IMG/VR virus record: IMGVR_UViG_2912765049_000001 | Location: 87,950-151,949 of that record | Length of the DNA: 64,000 nt | Source of the DNA: a virus | Taxonomy: Duplodnaviria; Caudoviricetes | Strand: one strand, 5' to 3' | Shown here: positions 18,673 through 28,580 of the stretch, in pieces | Position numbering within the stretch: position 1 is the first letter of the stretch | Layout: each line of letters opens with the position of its first letter | Program-made: the position numbers and the translations under genes | Notes under the pieces: generated by a model | What the model was told of the DNA's origin: nothing | Database searches by the model: none | The model's input: the letters and a program-made list of their open reading frames with translations, nothing else

Positions 18673-20232
18673 TCACCGGCGTCCGTTGAGGCGCCCGTCG
18701 CGGTAGCCGCCCGTCCCGCTGTCCACGGCCGCCGGGTTGGCGAGTTCCGTCAACGCGTGCACCGCCGCGTCCATCCGGTCCGGCGAGTCCAGGCCCGGCA
18801 TCCAGGTCACCATCTGGACCTCGAGCGCCGGCCACTCCCCCACGTGCCGCACCCGGCCCTGCTCGTACAACTGCGCGATCGGCTCCGCCCTCAACCTCTT
18901 GCCCTGCTTCGCGGTCACCGGAATGATCCGCGGGCGCAGCGCCCCGGCCGCCTCGGGCCCGCCGCCGCGTACCAGTTCGTCCCAGCCCTGGACCAGCACC
19001 TGGCGGGTCATGTCGCCGCCGAAGTTGGACTCGACGACCAGGGCGTCCGCGTCGACCTCGAGGGCGAGTTCGCAGGCGGCGCGCCCCCAGTCGGCGGCGC
19101 CCATCTTCCCGGAGCGGTCGGCCAGGACGTACAGGTTCCCGGCGGCGTCGCGGCCGGCGGCCACGATGCCGACCTCGTCGCTGTCCTCGCCGCCTCCGGC
19201 CGGGTCGACCGCGACGACGATCCGGGTGAGCTTGATGCCGCGCAGCTGCTCGGTGCTGACCCGGTGGCCGCGGATCCACTCCCACTTCCAGATGCCGCCC
19301 TCGAGCGGCCTGGGCTGCTGCTGGTACAGCGCCCACCAGCCGCGCTCGCCGACTTCGTCGCGGAAGTCCTGCAGGTGCTCGAGGCCGAAGCGTTCGGGCC
19401 ACAGCGGCTCGCCGAGGGCGCGGCCGAGGGCGTCGTCCGGGCTGTCGGCGATCGCGGGGAGGTTGATGACCGTCCAGCGCGCGGTGTCGCGGGCGGCGTC
19501 CTGGGTGAGGATCCGGCCCGCGAGGTCGTTCTCCGACCAGCGGGTCTGGATGACCACGATGGAGCCGTTGGGCTCCATACGGGTGTTGAGGACCTGCTGC
19601 CACCAGTCCCACAGGTCGCCGAGCACCGTGGGGCTGGCGGCGGCCTTGGCGTCCTTCAGCGGGTCGTCGACGATCGCCAGGTGCGCGCCCATGCCCGTCA
19701 GCGAGCCGCCGACACCGGCGGTGACGAGGCCGCCGGGGCCCCCGGTGAGGTCGAAGCGGCCGGCCGCCTTGGAGCCGTAGCGCAGGGAGATGCCGAGCTG
19801 TTCGCCGTACTCGTTGATGGAGTCGCGCAGCCAGCGGCCGTGGCCTTCGGCGAGCACGGCGCTGTAGGAGGCGATCATCAGCCGGTGGGTGGGGTTGCGG
19901 CGCAGGTACCACAGGGGCGCCCACCGGGCGGCCCTCTGGCTCTTGCCGTGCCGGGGCGGCATGTTCAGCAGGAGCCGGACCCGCTCGCCGCGGGCGATCC
20001 GGATGAACGCCTGGTCGATGAGGTTGAGGTGCCGGGCCTGGAGCTCGCGGCCGTCGGTCAGGAGCGCGGCGAGCGCCCCCGGGGAGCGGTCCATCGCCAT
20101 CTGCCGCTCGATGTGGGCCAGGCGGATGCGCAGGTCGGGCGAGGCGGTGCGGGCGATGACGAGCCGCTGGGCGCGCGGGAGGGTGCGGTAGCGCTCGAGG
20201 AGGCGTTGCTCCTGGTCCGGCGCCTTCATCAT
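18673..20232 (-). CDS. terL: Terminase large subunit
   Basis: Walker A MPPRHGKS, Walker B IVDDP, QTRW coupling motif, nuclease VAVDPA...SPDRMDA. Confidence 0.95.
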   Translation of the reverse strand: MMKAPDQEQRLLERYRTLPRAQRLVIARTASPDLRIRLAHIERQMAMDRSPGALAALLTDGRELQARHLNLIDQAFIRIARGERVRLLLNMPPRHGKSQRAARWAPLWYLRRNPTHRLMIASYSAVLAEGHGRWLRDSINEYGEQLGISLRYGSKAAGRFDLTGGPGGLVTAGVGGSLTGMGAHLAIVDDPLKDAKAAASPTVLGDLWDWWQQVLNTRMEPNGSIVVIQTRWSENDLAGRILTQDAARDTARWTVINLPAIADSPDDALGRALGEPLWPERFGLEHLQDFRDEVGERGWWALYQQQPRPLEGGIWKWEWIRGHRVSTEQLRGIKLTRIVVAVDPAGGGEDSDEVGIVAAGRDAAGNLYVLADRSGKMGAADWGRAACELALEVDADALVVESNFGGDMTRQVLVQGWDELVRGGGPEAAGALRPRIIPVTAKQGKRLRAEPIAQLYEQGRVRHVGEWPALEVQMVTWMPGLDSPDRMDAAVHALTELANPAAVDSGTGGYRDGRLNGRR

Positions 20233-20272
20233 GGGGGGCTCCGTGCACCCCCGCGCACCTTTCCATGATCTC

Positions 20273-20686
20273 TCAGATCGGGGGGTCCTCGATCAGCGCG
20301 AGGAGTTCGTCCAGTTCGGCGGCGGTGACGGCGGCCGGGTCGACGGCGGGTCCGGCGCTCTCGAGGCGGGCCGGGGCATCCAGGCCCAGGCGTCGGCTGC
20401 GGCTGTCGCTGATGGCGAGTGCGGTGCTGATGGCGTCGAGGTCGCCGGTCGTCGCCAAGTCCCAGATGGCGTGCTGGAGTTCGTCGAGGGAGCGCTGGTC
20501 GGCTTCGTGGCGGGCGAGGGGCTCGAGCGGGTCGGTGGCTGCGAGGGCGTCGGCGAAGTCGGCGGCGGCCTCGGCTGCGTCGGCGTAGTCCAGCTCCCGG
20601 GCGATGGCGGTGAAGTCCTCGCCGGTGAGGCGGCGGCGGAGCAGTTCGGCACGCCGCTGGTCGAGGTGCGCCATGGTGTCCTCCAT
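20273..20686 (-). CDS. Terminase small subunit-like HTH protein (paralog 1)
   Basis: RRLTGEDFTAIARELDY...LDELQ...GDLDAI...RRLGLDAP; adjacent to terL. Confidence 0.7.
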   Translation of the reverse strand: MEDTMAHLDQRRAELLRRRLTGEDFTAIARELDYADAAEAAADFADALAATDPLEPLARHEADQRSLDELQHAIWDLATTGDLDAISTALAISDSRSRRLGLDAPARLESAGPAVDPAAVTAAELDELLALIEDPPI

Positions 20687-20809
20687 GAGTCACACCGCCG
20701 GGGGGCGGTGTGGTGGCCCCTGCGCGGGTCCCTTCTGGTCAACCTGCGGAGCAGGGGCTCCGATCTGCGGCAATGGAGATCAGGAAGATGCCCCACACCC
20801 TTCCATCTT

Positions 20810-20826
20810 TAAAACGCTCCGTTGTA
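20810..20826 (+). promoter_or_regulatory. Operator/promoter copy (probably drives a leaderless mRNA)
   Basis: TAAAAC-GCTCC-GTTGTA; TATAGT -10 ends 6 nt before ATG 20837. Confidence 0.7.
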
Positions 20827-20836
20827 TAGTTGAGCC

Positions 20837-21106
20837 ATGCCGAAGAGGACACGCAGGGACCGGGACAGCGAGCGCGAGCAGATCGGCCAGCGCCTCGAAG
20901 CCGAAGTCGCCGAGATCAGGTTCGCCTGGCTGAAGCAGGACACCGAGCAGAAGACGCGGGAAGTGCTGGAACTCCTGGGCGTATCGGACGCCTGGAAGCG
21001 GGAGACGGCGGCCAGGCTGTACCAGCAGATGGCGGCGGGCGAACTGGACCCTCGGGTCGGGTTCGAGCAGGCCGCCTTCGTACAGTCCCTGACCGTGACC
21101 GAGTAG
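20837..21106 (+). CDS. Hypothetical protein (moron-like cassette)
   Basis: 89 aa directly downstream of the promoter. Confidence 0.65.
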   Translation: MPKRTRRDRDSEREQIGQRLEAEVAEIRFAWLKQDTEQKTREVLELLGVSDAWKRETAARLYQQMAAGELDPRVGFEQAAFVQSLTVTE

Positions 21107-21168
21107 CACGGCCCACGGGGCGGCGGGCACCCCCCGCCGCCCCGCCACGGCCGCCACCACGGAGCTGT

Positions 21169-22248
21169 TCACGTTCGCGGTCGGCCCAACTCGGCGGCGT
21201 CCAGGATCCGTTCGCGCACGGTCTGGGCGATGGCCCGCATCAGCAGCGGGGGGACGGAGTTGCCGATGCGCGCCCAGACCTTGTCGACGGGGCTGTCGCC
21301 CCAGTCATAGGCGTCGGGGAAGGTCTGCAGGCGCGCGAGTTCCCGTACGCCCAGCAGGCGGTCCTCGTCGGGGTGGAGCAGACCGTTGCGGGACGCGCTC
21401 ACCTCCTTGATGAGCGTGAAGGCCGGTTTGTCCCAGGCCAGGCGCTCGAGGGAGAAGAACGCCTTCTTGCCGCCGAGGTCGAGGAGCGTGTCGCCGCCGT
21501 TGCGGCCGGGCGGGATGAGCGGGGCCACGCGGGCGGCCTTGCCGGAGGGGCGCTGGAAGGGGCCGGGGTCGTCCAGGCCGGCCAGGGCCTCCCGGACGGT
21601 CAGCGGCCGGTCGACGGGCGCCGGGTGGACCGGGTCGACGCAGAGGTCGCGCCGGACACCGATGAAGATCATGCGCATGCGCTTCTGCGGGACGCGGAAG
21701 TAGGAGGCGTCCACGAGGCGGGCGGTGACCCGGTAGCCGGGCCCGGCGGCCTTGAGCGCGCCGAGGATCTCGGCGAACAGGGAGCGCATCTGCCCGCGGA
21801 CCATCCCGGCGACGTTCTCCATCACGAACGTCTTGGGCTGCCAGTGCTCGATCAGCCGTACGTATTGGCGGAAGAGCTGATTGCGGGGGTCGTCGATCTG
21901 CCGGCGGCCCACCGTGCTGAAGCCCTGGCAGGGCGGGCTGCCGTCGAACACGTCCAGCTCACCCGGCACCAGCCCGAGGACGGCCGGGTCCAGGGCGGCG
22001 ATGTCGCCGTGGTGCAGCAGCACGTGGGGGAAGTTGCGGCGGAAGCAGTCGGCGGCGTGGTCGTCCCACTCCACGGCGAGCAGCTCCCGGTATCCGGCCA
22101 TGGAGTAGCCCAGGGAGCTGCCCCCGGCCCCGGCGAAGGTCGACACGACGGTCGGCGCGTCCGCCGCGCGCGGGGCGAGGTGGGCGGCCCAGGCGTCGGC
22201 CAGGAGCCGGCCGTAGTCGAGCCGGGTGCGGACGACGGCCGGGCTCAC
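21169..22248 (-). CDS. DNA (cytosine-5)-methyltransferase
   Basis: FAGAGG, GSPPCQGFS, MENV, PQKRMR, ARLQTFP and IGNSVPP motifs. Confidence 0.95.
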   Translation of the reverse strand: MSPAVVRTRLDYGRLLADAWAAHLAPRAADAPTVVSTFAGAGGSSLGYSMAGYRELLAVEWDDHAADCFRRNFPHVLLHHGDIAALDPAVLGLVPGELDVFDGSPPCQGFSTVGRRQIDDPRNQLFRQYVRLIEHWQPKTFVMENVAGMVRGQMRSLFAEILGALKAAGPGYRVTARLVDASYFRVPQKRMRMIFIGVRRDLCVDPVHPAPVDRPLTVREALAGLDDPGPFQRPSGKAARVAPLIPPGRNGGDTLLDLGGKKAFFSLERLAWDKPAFTLIKEVSASRNGLLHPDEDRLLGVRELARLQTFPDAYDWGDSPVDKVWARIGNSVPPLLMRAIAQTVRERILDAAELGRPRT

Positions 22249-22784
22249 GCTGCGGCCTCGTCACCGGTGAACGTGTGCCCGCACTGGGGGCAGGTGTGGG
22301 TGGTGGGCTGGAGGGCCTCGGCGATCGACTCGTCGAACGCGGCGAACCCTTCCGGGAGTTCGGCGGTCAGCAGGCGGGTGACCTCCTGCTGGCTCCAGCC
22401 GGTCCCCTCGAGGTCGCCGTCGAGCGCCGCGAGCGCGGCGGCGAGGTCCTCCTCGTCGTAGAAGCCGAGCTCGGCGAGCTTGTTGTCCGCCAGGTTGATA
22501 CGGCGAGCGGTGTCGTCGTCGCAGGTGATGACCTCGCACCGGGCGGTGGTACGGCCCTCGGCACGAAGCGCGTCGGAGGTGTGGTTGCCCGCCAGCACCA
22601 CCAGGGAGTCGCCGGTGTCGCGGACGACCAGGGAGCGGTACTGGCCGTGGCGGCGGATGGAGGCCCGGATCGATTCGACGTCGCCGCGGCGGGGGTTGCC
22701 CGGGTAGCGGGTCAGGTCCTCGAGCGGGACGTCGCGGGTGCCGGTGTAGGTGGCGCCGGGCAGGCCGGCGGTGGTCTCGCTCAT
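22245..22784 (-). CDS. ParB/Srx N-terminal domain protein with C-terminal CxxC
   Basis: YPGNPRRGD...HGQYRSLVV...LAGNH...LADNK; CPQCG. Confidence 0.8.
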   Translation of the reverse strand: MSETTAGLPGATYTGTRDVPLEDLTRYPGNPRRGDVESIRASIRRHGQYRSLVVRDTGDSLVVLAGNHTSDALRAEGRTTARCEVITCDDDTARRINLADNKLAELGFYDEEDLAAALAALDGDLEGTGWSQQEVTRLLTAELPEGFAAFDESIAEALQPTTHTCPQCGHTFTGDEAAA

Positions 22785-22987
22785 GCGGGGCGTCCTTCGT
22801 TGTGGTCCGCGATGATGCGCCGGGCCCAGGTGTCGGGGTCCTCGAAGCCCCACCTGCGGGCGTCCCATTCGGTGGCGCGGTCGCGGATGTCGATCCAGAT
22901 GTCCAGGAGCTGGTCCCGCAGGGCCGGGTCACGGGTGCGGCGCAGTCGGGCGGCGAGGTGGGCGAAGGCGGCCGGGTGCGCGGGCAC
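22781..22987 (-). CDS. Small hypothetical protein
   Basis: Fills the gap, with overlapping start/stop on both sides. Confidence 0.5.
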   Translation of the reverse strand: MPAHPAAFAHLAARLRRTRDPALRDQLLDIWIDIRDRATEWDARRWGFEDPDTWARRIIADHNEGRPA

Positions 22988-23451
22988 TACGCCTCCTCCG
23001 GCGTCTCGCCGCCGGGCGCGGAGTCGTCGGTCAGCGTGATCAGGCGTTCCAGCTCGGCGAGGTCGACGGCTTCGACCTGGAGCGGGCCGCCGTCGGCGCC
23101 GGTGATCTCGGTACGGGCGGGCCGGTCGAGTCCGAGAAGCCGGGCACGGCGGTCGATGACCTTCAGGACGGTCTCGATCGCCTTCAGGTCGCCCTTGGCG
23201 GCCTTGGCCCAGGCGGCGGCCTGCATCCGGTCCAGACGCTGGACTTCGAGTTCGCGCAGGGTCGCCGCCGCGGCCGACTCGGCCTCGAGGTTGGCCTCGA
23301 GCGCGCGGTGGACGTCCTTGGAGGCGGCGCCGCGGTCGGAGTAGTCGAGCCGTTCGGCGATCGTCTGGAAGTCCATGCCGGCCAGCCGCAGCGCGATGGC
23401 CTGCGCGCGGCGGTGTGCGGTGGCGGCGCGTTGCGCCTTGGACGCGGGCAC
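22987..23451 (-). CDS. Terminase small subunit-like HTH protein (paralog 2)
   Basis: LRLAGMDFQTIAERLDY...RRARLLGLD...EITGADGGPLQVE, the typical TerS tail. Confidence 0.8.
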   Translation of the reverse strand: MPASKAQRAATAHRRAQAIALRLAGMDFQTIAERLDYSDRGAASKDVHRALEANLEAESAAAATLRELEVQRLDRMQAAAWAKAAKGDLKAIETVLKVIDRRARLLGLDRPARTEITGADGGPLQVEAVDLAELERLITLTDDSAPGGETPEEA

Positions 23452-23465
23452 GGGTCAGCCCCCGT

Positions 23466-24779
23466 TCAGTCGTCCTGGTCGGGGAGGGTGAAGTCGTGCG
23501 GCTCGCCGGTGGACTTGAGCACGGGCTGTTCGCCGGTGTGTTCCTGGTAGCGGCGGCAGATGACGTCGGCGTACCGGGGGTCGAGCTCGACGACGCGGGC
23601 CGAGCGGCCGGTGACGTGCGCGGCGATGAGCGTGGACCCGGAGCCGCCGAACGGCTCGTAGACCAGCCCGTCGGGGCGGCACGAGTTGCGCAGGCCGGCG
23701 GTGATGAGGTCGACGGGTTTGGAGGTGGGGTGCTCGGCGTTGCGCGCGGGCTTGGGCACCTCGAACACCGTGGTCTGCGCGTTGTCGCCGTACCAGCGCT
23801 CCCCGCCACGGCCCAGCCGCCCGGACCCGGCCGGCGCGTCGGTGAACCCGTACAGGATCGGCTCGTGCCGGTAGTGGTAGTCCGACCGGCCCAGGACCAT
23901 GGTGTCCTTGGCCCAGATCAGGTTCTGCCGCACCAGCCACCCGGCGTCCGTCATCGCGGTCTCGAAGGTGATGCGGGCGGTGTCGGCGTGCGCGACGTAG
24001 ACGGGCGCGCCGGGCTTGAGGGCGACGGTGGCCACCGCGAAGGCGCCGGCCAGCAGTTCGGGCAGGTCGGTGGCCCCGTCGTTCTGGATGGTCAGCGCGT
24101 CCTTGGTCTTGCCGACGTAGTCGACGCCGTACGGCGGGTCGGTCCACATCGCGTCGCAGCGGTCGCCGTCGAGCATCTCCTCGACGGCCGCGACGTCGGT
24201 GGAGTCGCCGACCAGGAGGCGGTGGCGGCCGAGGATCCAGACGTCGCCGACCTGGGAGTGCGGGTCGGCCGGGGCATCGGGGATGTCGTCGGGGTCGGTG
24301 AGCGCGGCGGGCTCTTCCTCGGTACCCAGCAGGGCGGAGACATCTTCGGCGGTGTAGCCGGTGCCGTCGAGGTCTCCGTCGAGGTAGGAGAGCAGGTCCG
24401 CCAGGGCGTCGTTGTCGTACGTGCCGAGCTCGGCGAGCCGGTTGTCGGCGAGGTTGATGCGGCGGGCCTGGTCGTCGTCGCACTCGATGACCTCGCACCG
24501 GGCGGCGGCGTAGCCCTCGGCCTTGAGGGCGTCGTGGGTGTGGTTGCCGGCCAGGATGACGTACTGGTCCTCGCCCAGGGCGCGCACCACCAGGGAGCGG
24601 TACTGGCCGTGGCGGCGCAGCGAGCCGCGGATGGCGTCGATGTCGCCGCGCCGGGGGTTGCCGGGGAACCGCTCGAGCTGGTCGAAGGGGATCTCGCGGG
24701 TGCCGAGGTAGGTCACCGCGGCGGTGGGCGTGGGGGTGCCCATGGCAGCTCCGTCCACCCCCACAGTGCCGTGATCCAT
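23466..24779 (-). CDS. ParB-N fused DNA N6-adenine/N4-cytosine methyltransferase
   Basis: N-terminal ParB-like domain; WTDPPY, HPTSKP, EPFGGSGST (beta-class order); true start may be ATG 24743. Confidence 0.9.
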   Translation of the reverse strand: MDHGTVGVDGAAMGTPTPTAAVTYLGTREIPFDQLERFPGNPRRGDIDAIRGSLRRHGQYRSLVVRALGEDQYVILAGNHTHDALKAEGYAAARCEVIECDDDQARRINLADNRLAELGTYDNDALADLLSYLDGDLDGTGYTAEDVSALLGTEEEPAALTDPDDIPDAPADPHSQVGDVWILGRHRLLVGDSTDVAAVEEMLDGDRCDAMWTDPPYGVDYVGKTKDALTIQNDGATDLPELLAGAFAVATVALKPGAPVYVAHADTARITFETAMTDAGWLVRQNLIWAKDTMVLGRSDYHYRHEPILYGFTDAPAGSGRLGRGGERWYGDNAQTTVFEVPKPARNAEHPTSKPVDLITAGLRNSCRPDGLVYEPFGGSGSTLIAAHVTGRSARVVELDPRYADVICRRYQEHTGEQPVLKSTGEPHDFTLPDQDD

Positions 24780-24873
24780 TTTCCCCGACCCCGGCGGTGA
24801 CCTGGGCGGGCGTCAAGTGGCCCGGAGCGGCGGGCGGTTCGGCAAAAGATCATGCCCCCTCCCCTTCCAACCT

Positions 24874-24890
24874 TACAACGCTTCGTTGTA
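24874..24890 (+). promoter_or_regulatory. Operator/promoter copy
   Basis: CCAAC-CT-TACAAC-GCTTC-GTTGTA-TA-GTTGG; TTCCAA-N18-TATAGT. Confidence 0.85.
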
Positions 24891-24930
24891 TAGTTGGGGT
24901 GTGAGGACGACCCGCCCCCAGGAGGCAGAG

Positions 24931-25281
24931 ATGCAGCGCACCGCCGGACACACCCACTGCCTCCGCTGCGACCGCGTCCTGCGCTCCCCCCGCTCCGCCG
25001 CCCTCGGCTACGGCCCGACCTGCCTGCGCAAGGTCAAGGCCGCCGCCCTCGCCCACGCGCGGACCGGCAGCCACAAGCCCGCCCAGGTCGCGAAGGCCAC
25101 CGAGCTGATCGAGATGGGCGGCCTGGTCCGCCTGCGCGCCCGCCGGGTCTTCCAGGTGGTCGCCTCCGACGGGATCACCACCTACAAGACCGCCCCGCAG
25201 GCGTGCACCTGCCCGGCCGGACTGCGCGGCCAGCACACCTGCTACCACCGGATCGCCGCCCAGATCGTCGCCGCCGCCTGA
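24931..25281 (+). CDS. Zinc-finger protein (DUF6011-like N-terminus + SWIM domain)
   Basis: CLRCDRVL...GYGPTC and CTCPAG...CYH. Confidence 0.8.
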   Translation: MQRTAGHTHCLRCDRVLRSPRSAALGYGPTCLRKVKAAALAHARTGSHKPAQVAKATELIEMGGLVRLRARRVFQVVASDGITTYKTAPQACTCPAGLRGQHTCYHRIAAQIVAAA

Positions 25282-25319
25282 CCGGCGGCGGCCCGACGGG
25301 CCGGACAGAGAGGAACACC

Positions 25320-25790
25320 GTGACCGACTCCGACGCCTACGAGATCGACTGGAACGACGGGAACCAGGAGATCGCCGAATCCGTGATGTGGGCCGCCGAC
25401 GAGCGCAAGCCGCTTCTCGTCACGACCCCCAAGGGCGAGATCGTCCGCCTGGTCCCCGAGACCGCCCCCGAGACCGAGGCCGCAACGCCCGCCGCTCTGG
25501 AGGGCGTCGTGGCCCACCCGATCGTCGAAGAGCGCAACAGGTCCCTTCGGGTCACCGGTGCCCCGAACGTGACGGACTTCTTCGGCGTCACCCTCGCCCC
25601 GCAGTCGGTGTACCTGAAGTACCGCCGGCCCACGGGCGAGGAGCCGATGCTGGAGATGGCGTACGTCAACGGCTACCGCGTGCCGGGCACCAACAAGCCG
25701 GAGGAGTACACCACCATCACCTTCATCCCCGGCACCCACGACCTGCCCGCCTGGCTTGCCGCCCTGGTCGACGCCCACATGCCGTGGTGA
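25320..25790 (+). CDS. Hypothetical protein
   Basis: GAGGA RBS + GTG; GC3 bias. Confidence 0.7.
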   Translation: MTDSDAYEIDWNDGNQEIAESVMWAADERKPLLVTTPKGEIVRLVPETAPETEAATPAALEGVVAHPIVEERNRSLRVTGAPNVTDFFGVTLAPQSVYLKYRRPTGEEPMLEMAYVNGYRVPGTNKPEEYTTITFIPGTHDLPAWLAALVDAHMPW

Positions 25791-25987
25791 CCCTCCCCCG
25801 GTCGTCCAGCCGGCACCGCCCCTCGCCCCGCCCGCCGGCGGGGCGTTCGGCTTTCCCCCTGCGGTGCCGGCATCGGCGCAGCACAGGGCCGGTTTTCCGG
25901 GGTTGCAAGTCCTGCCCGAGCGGAGTGATGAATGGGCCGCCGCCACCCCGGCGGCATCAACTCCCCTACGAGAAGCAGGAGTTCGCC

Positions 25988-26512
25988 ATGTCTGTCGAGG
26001 TCACCAACGAGGTCCGTGCACGGTACGGCCGGGCGCTGCTCGCGTACTACGACGACGCCCGGGCCGCCCTCGGGCACGAGCCCAGCGCCCGGGAGGACGT
26101 CGGCCTGGTGTGGGCGGCCTGCGCCCGGGGCGGCAGCCAGGACCGGTGGGACGCGGTACGGGCCGAGGACCTGGCGGCGGACGCCGACTGGGCGTGCGAG
26201 GTCCTGGGCGACCTGGTCTCCAACCTCTTCCACGCGGCCGACGGGATCGTGATCCCCCGGCTGCTGCTGGACGCGGTGGCCGCCTCGGAGAGCCGGGGCG
26301 AGGCCGCCTGGGGCGAGGCCGCCCGTACGGAGGCGTGGCGCCTGCTGGGTGAGCGGGGCCCGCGGTTCGCCCGCCTCCTGATCGCGATGCGCCGGGCCCT
26401 GCTGACGGTCCATGACGTCGACGCCGACGGTCTGTTCGAGGGGGCCCGCAGCGCCTTCGAGGCCGAGGTCGAGGAGGAGCGGTACGACGCGGTGGCCGCC
26501 CGGCGCGCCTAG
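25988..26512 (+). CDS. Hypothetical protein
   Basis: AGGAG RBS + ATG; DLVSNLFHAAD...FEAEVEEE. Confidence 0.7.
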   Translation: MSVEVTNEVRARYGRALLAYYDDARAALGHEPSAREDVGLVWAACARGGSQDRWDAVRAEDLAADADWACEVLGDLVSNLFHAADGIVIPRLLLDAVAASESRGEAAWGEAARTEAWRLLGERGPRFARLLIAMRRALLTVHDVDADGLFEGARSAFEAEVEEERYDAVAARRA

Positions 26513-26657
26513 GGAGTATCCGGGCAAGTCCCCTACCGGGGCGGGGACTTGGGTTCGGGTCTGGCGTGTCTTCTCGGCACGGGGGGTTTAGAGAAGGGAA
26601 TGGATGGTCCGCGCCAGACCCGAACGTGTCCGATGATCGGATCGCCCGTCGGGGCGG

Positions 26658-26966
26658 TCAAAAATCGGGGGCATCGGCGGGTGTCGTGTTCCGCATACGG
26701 TCGATCAGGGTGCGCACGTCGGGCACGTCCGCCAGGTGCTGCCCGGCCCGGGCGCAGTCCAGGGTGGGCGAGCCCGTGGCGGGCACGGGGCGGCTCCCCC
26801 GAGGCGCGGCAGGCGGGGAGGAATCGGCCCTCGAGGGGCGGCAGAGCCGCGCCGTGCCGATGGCCACGACCTTCCCGTCCTCGCGCCCGGCTGCGAGCAG
26901 CGTGACGGAAGCGGGTGCGCTGTACGTGGGGGGTCGGGCGGTGGACGCCGCCCGGGAGTCGTTCAT
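26658..26966 (-). CDS. Hypothetical protein
   Basis: Purine-rich upstream sequence; divergent from the XRE gene; weak codon bias. Confidence 0.4.
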   Translation of the reverse strand: MNDSRAASTARPPTYSAPASVTLLAAGREDGKVVAIGTARLCRPSRADSSPPAAPRGSRPVPATGSPTLDCARAGQHLADVPDVRTLIDRMRNTTPADAPDF

Positions 26967-27235
26967 GCCTGCTGGTCTCTCCTCAGTGTGCTCTTCCGGA
27001 AACGCACAACGAGCCGGTAAGGCCCCAGTGGTCGCCGGAGGGCATGCCTGGTGGCGGCCAGGTGACCCGGAAACGGAATGTGACTACTCTGCGCGCAAAT
27101 TGTGATCCTGCCCGTCACACCTGAAGGTGTCAACTAAAGTACACAGGAACAAGATCAAGAGAGTGAGTACGTGGTTGTGAGCAGTCATCGGCGGCCAGGC
27201 GGCTTTCACGCCGTGCTCGGCAAGCCTGGTGAGCG

Positions 27236-27742
27236 GTGAGCCCAGGCCGTCCGTCCCTGGCGGACAAACTCAGGGCCCTCATGGCCAGCCGCCGGGACGC
27301 CAACGGCCGGGCGCACACATCACGTTCGCTGTCCGCCGGCGTCGACGCGCTCGAGGAAGATCACACATCGGTCTCCCATGCCGCGATCGCCAAACTGGCC
27401 AATGGCTCGCAGGACAACCCGACCATCGCGACGGTCGTGGCCTTGTGTCAGGCCCTGGGCGGAGTGCCGCCCGCGTACCTGCTCCCGCACGACAGCTACG
27501 ACGACCTCACGGCGCTCGAGGTGTTCGAAGATCCCGACGCGCGCCGCGTCCTCGCCCTGTTGAATGGGCTCCCCAAGAGTGAGTGGCGAAACGTCGTTGC
27601 AGACTTGGAGCGGCGACGCGACGATCTCGGCTTGCCGCCGGTGCCGCGCAGTGAGGCCGCCGAGAAGCCGGGCCGACGGCGTCGCCGGCGCAGTAGGGAC
27701 GAGGCCGCTCAGTATGCGGCCGATGCATTGGAAGGGCTCTAA
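27236..27742 (+). CDS. XRE-family HTH regulator
   Basis: SLADKLRAL...VSHAAIAKLANGSQDNPTIATVVALCQALG. Confidence 0.8.
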   Translation: MSPGRPSLADKLRALMASRRDANGRAHTSRSLSAGVDALEEDHTSVSHAAIAKLANGSQDNPTIATVVALCQALGGVPPAYLLPHDSYDDLTALEVFEDPDARRVLALLNGLPKSEWRNVVADLERRRDDLGLPPVPRSEAAEKPGRRRRRRSRDEAAQYAADALEGL

Positions 27743-28510
27743 GTGGACGGCATAGTCTTCGGGACGTGCACAGTGGCCGGCGTGCTGGTCACCTTTTTCT
27801 GCACCAGGAGGGCCGTCGGCAACCCGCGCGTGTCCACGTGGTCGATCGCGGCCGCTTTCGGCGTCTGCACCCTGGGCGTCTTCTTCGCCGTTCCCATGGT
27901 CGCCGACCTGGCGGAGGACGCCACCGGCGTCGCCAACGTCGGCAAGCTGATCGCGCACATCTGCGCGATCCTGTGGTGCGCGGCCCTGCAGATCACCATG
28001 GTGGACCTGGCCTACCGCCCGGAGTACGTGCGGGCCGCGATGTACCAGCGGGCCTTCGCGGCCATGGTGGAACTGGCCGTCATGGTGCCGCTGTTCCTCG
28101 CGACCAACGAGCCGCGCATCGAGTTCACGACCGCGTACGCCGCGGACACCCGGGTCGCCGCGTATCTGCTGATCTACCTGGCGTATGTCATGGTCACCTG
28201 CGGTGAGCTGGCCTTCATGTGCGGCCGGACCGCACGGCGCAACTGGGGCATCCGGCCCTGGAGCGGCGCCGGTTTCGCGCTGTCCTCCATGGCCGCGACA
28301 CTGGGCATGGCCTACACGATGTCCAAGGGCTCGTACCTGATCTTCTACATCCTGGGCAATCCGTGGTCGCTGGATGTCGAGGAGGTCGTGAGCCCCGCGC
28401 TGAGCGGCCTGGCCGTGATTTTCCTCTTCCTGGGCCTGACGCTGCCCATGGTGGGCGCGTTCCGGGAACGGCTGCAGCAGGACAAGGAGCAGGAGCCTGC
28501 CGGGCTCTGA
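27743..28510 (+). CDS. MAB_1171c-like multi-pass membrane protein
   Basis: About 7 hydrophobic segments; YLLIYLAY motif; directly follows this XRE type. Confidence 0.65.
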   Translation: MDGIVFGTCTVAGVLVTFFCTRRAVGNPRVSTWSIAAAFGVCTLGVFFAVPMVADLAEDATGVANVGKLIAHICAILWCAALQITMVDLAYRPEYVRAAMYQRAFAAMVELAVMVPLFLATNEPRIEFTTAYAADTRVAAYLLIYLAYVMVTCGELAFMCGRTARRNWGIRPWSGAGFALSSMAATLGMAYTMSKGSYLIFYILGNPWSLDVEEVVSPALSGLAVIFLFLGLTLPMVGAFRERLQQDKEQEPAGL

Positions 28511-28523
28511 CGCCGCGTCCAGG

Positions 28524-28560
28524 ACTGTGGGCCGCACGCAACGCGCGTGCGGCCCACAGT
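28524..28560. terminator. Bidirectional terminator between convergent genes
   Basis: ACTGTGGGCCGCACGC / GCGTGCGGCCCACAGT. Confidence 0.7.
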
Positions 28561-28580
28561 CGTCTCCCGGGGTGCCGGGG

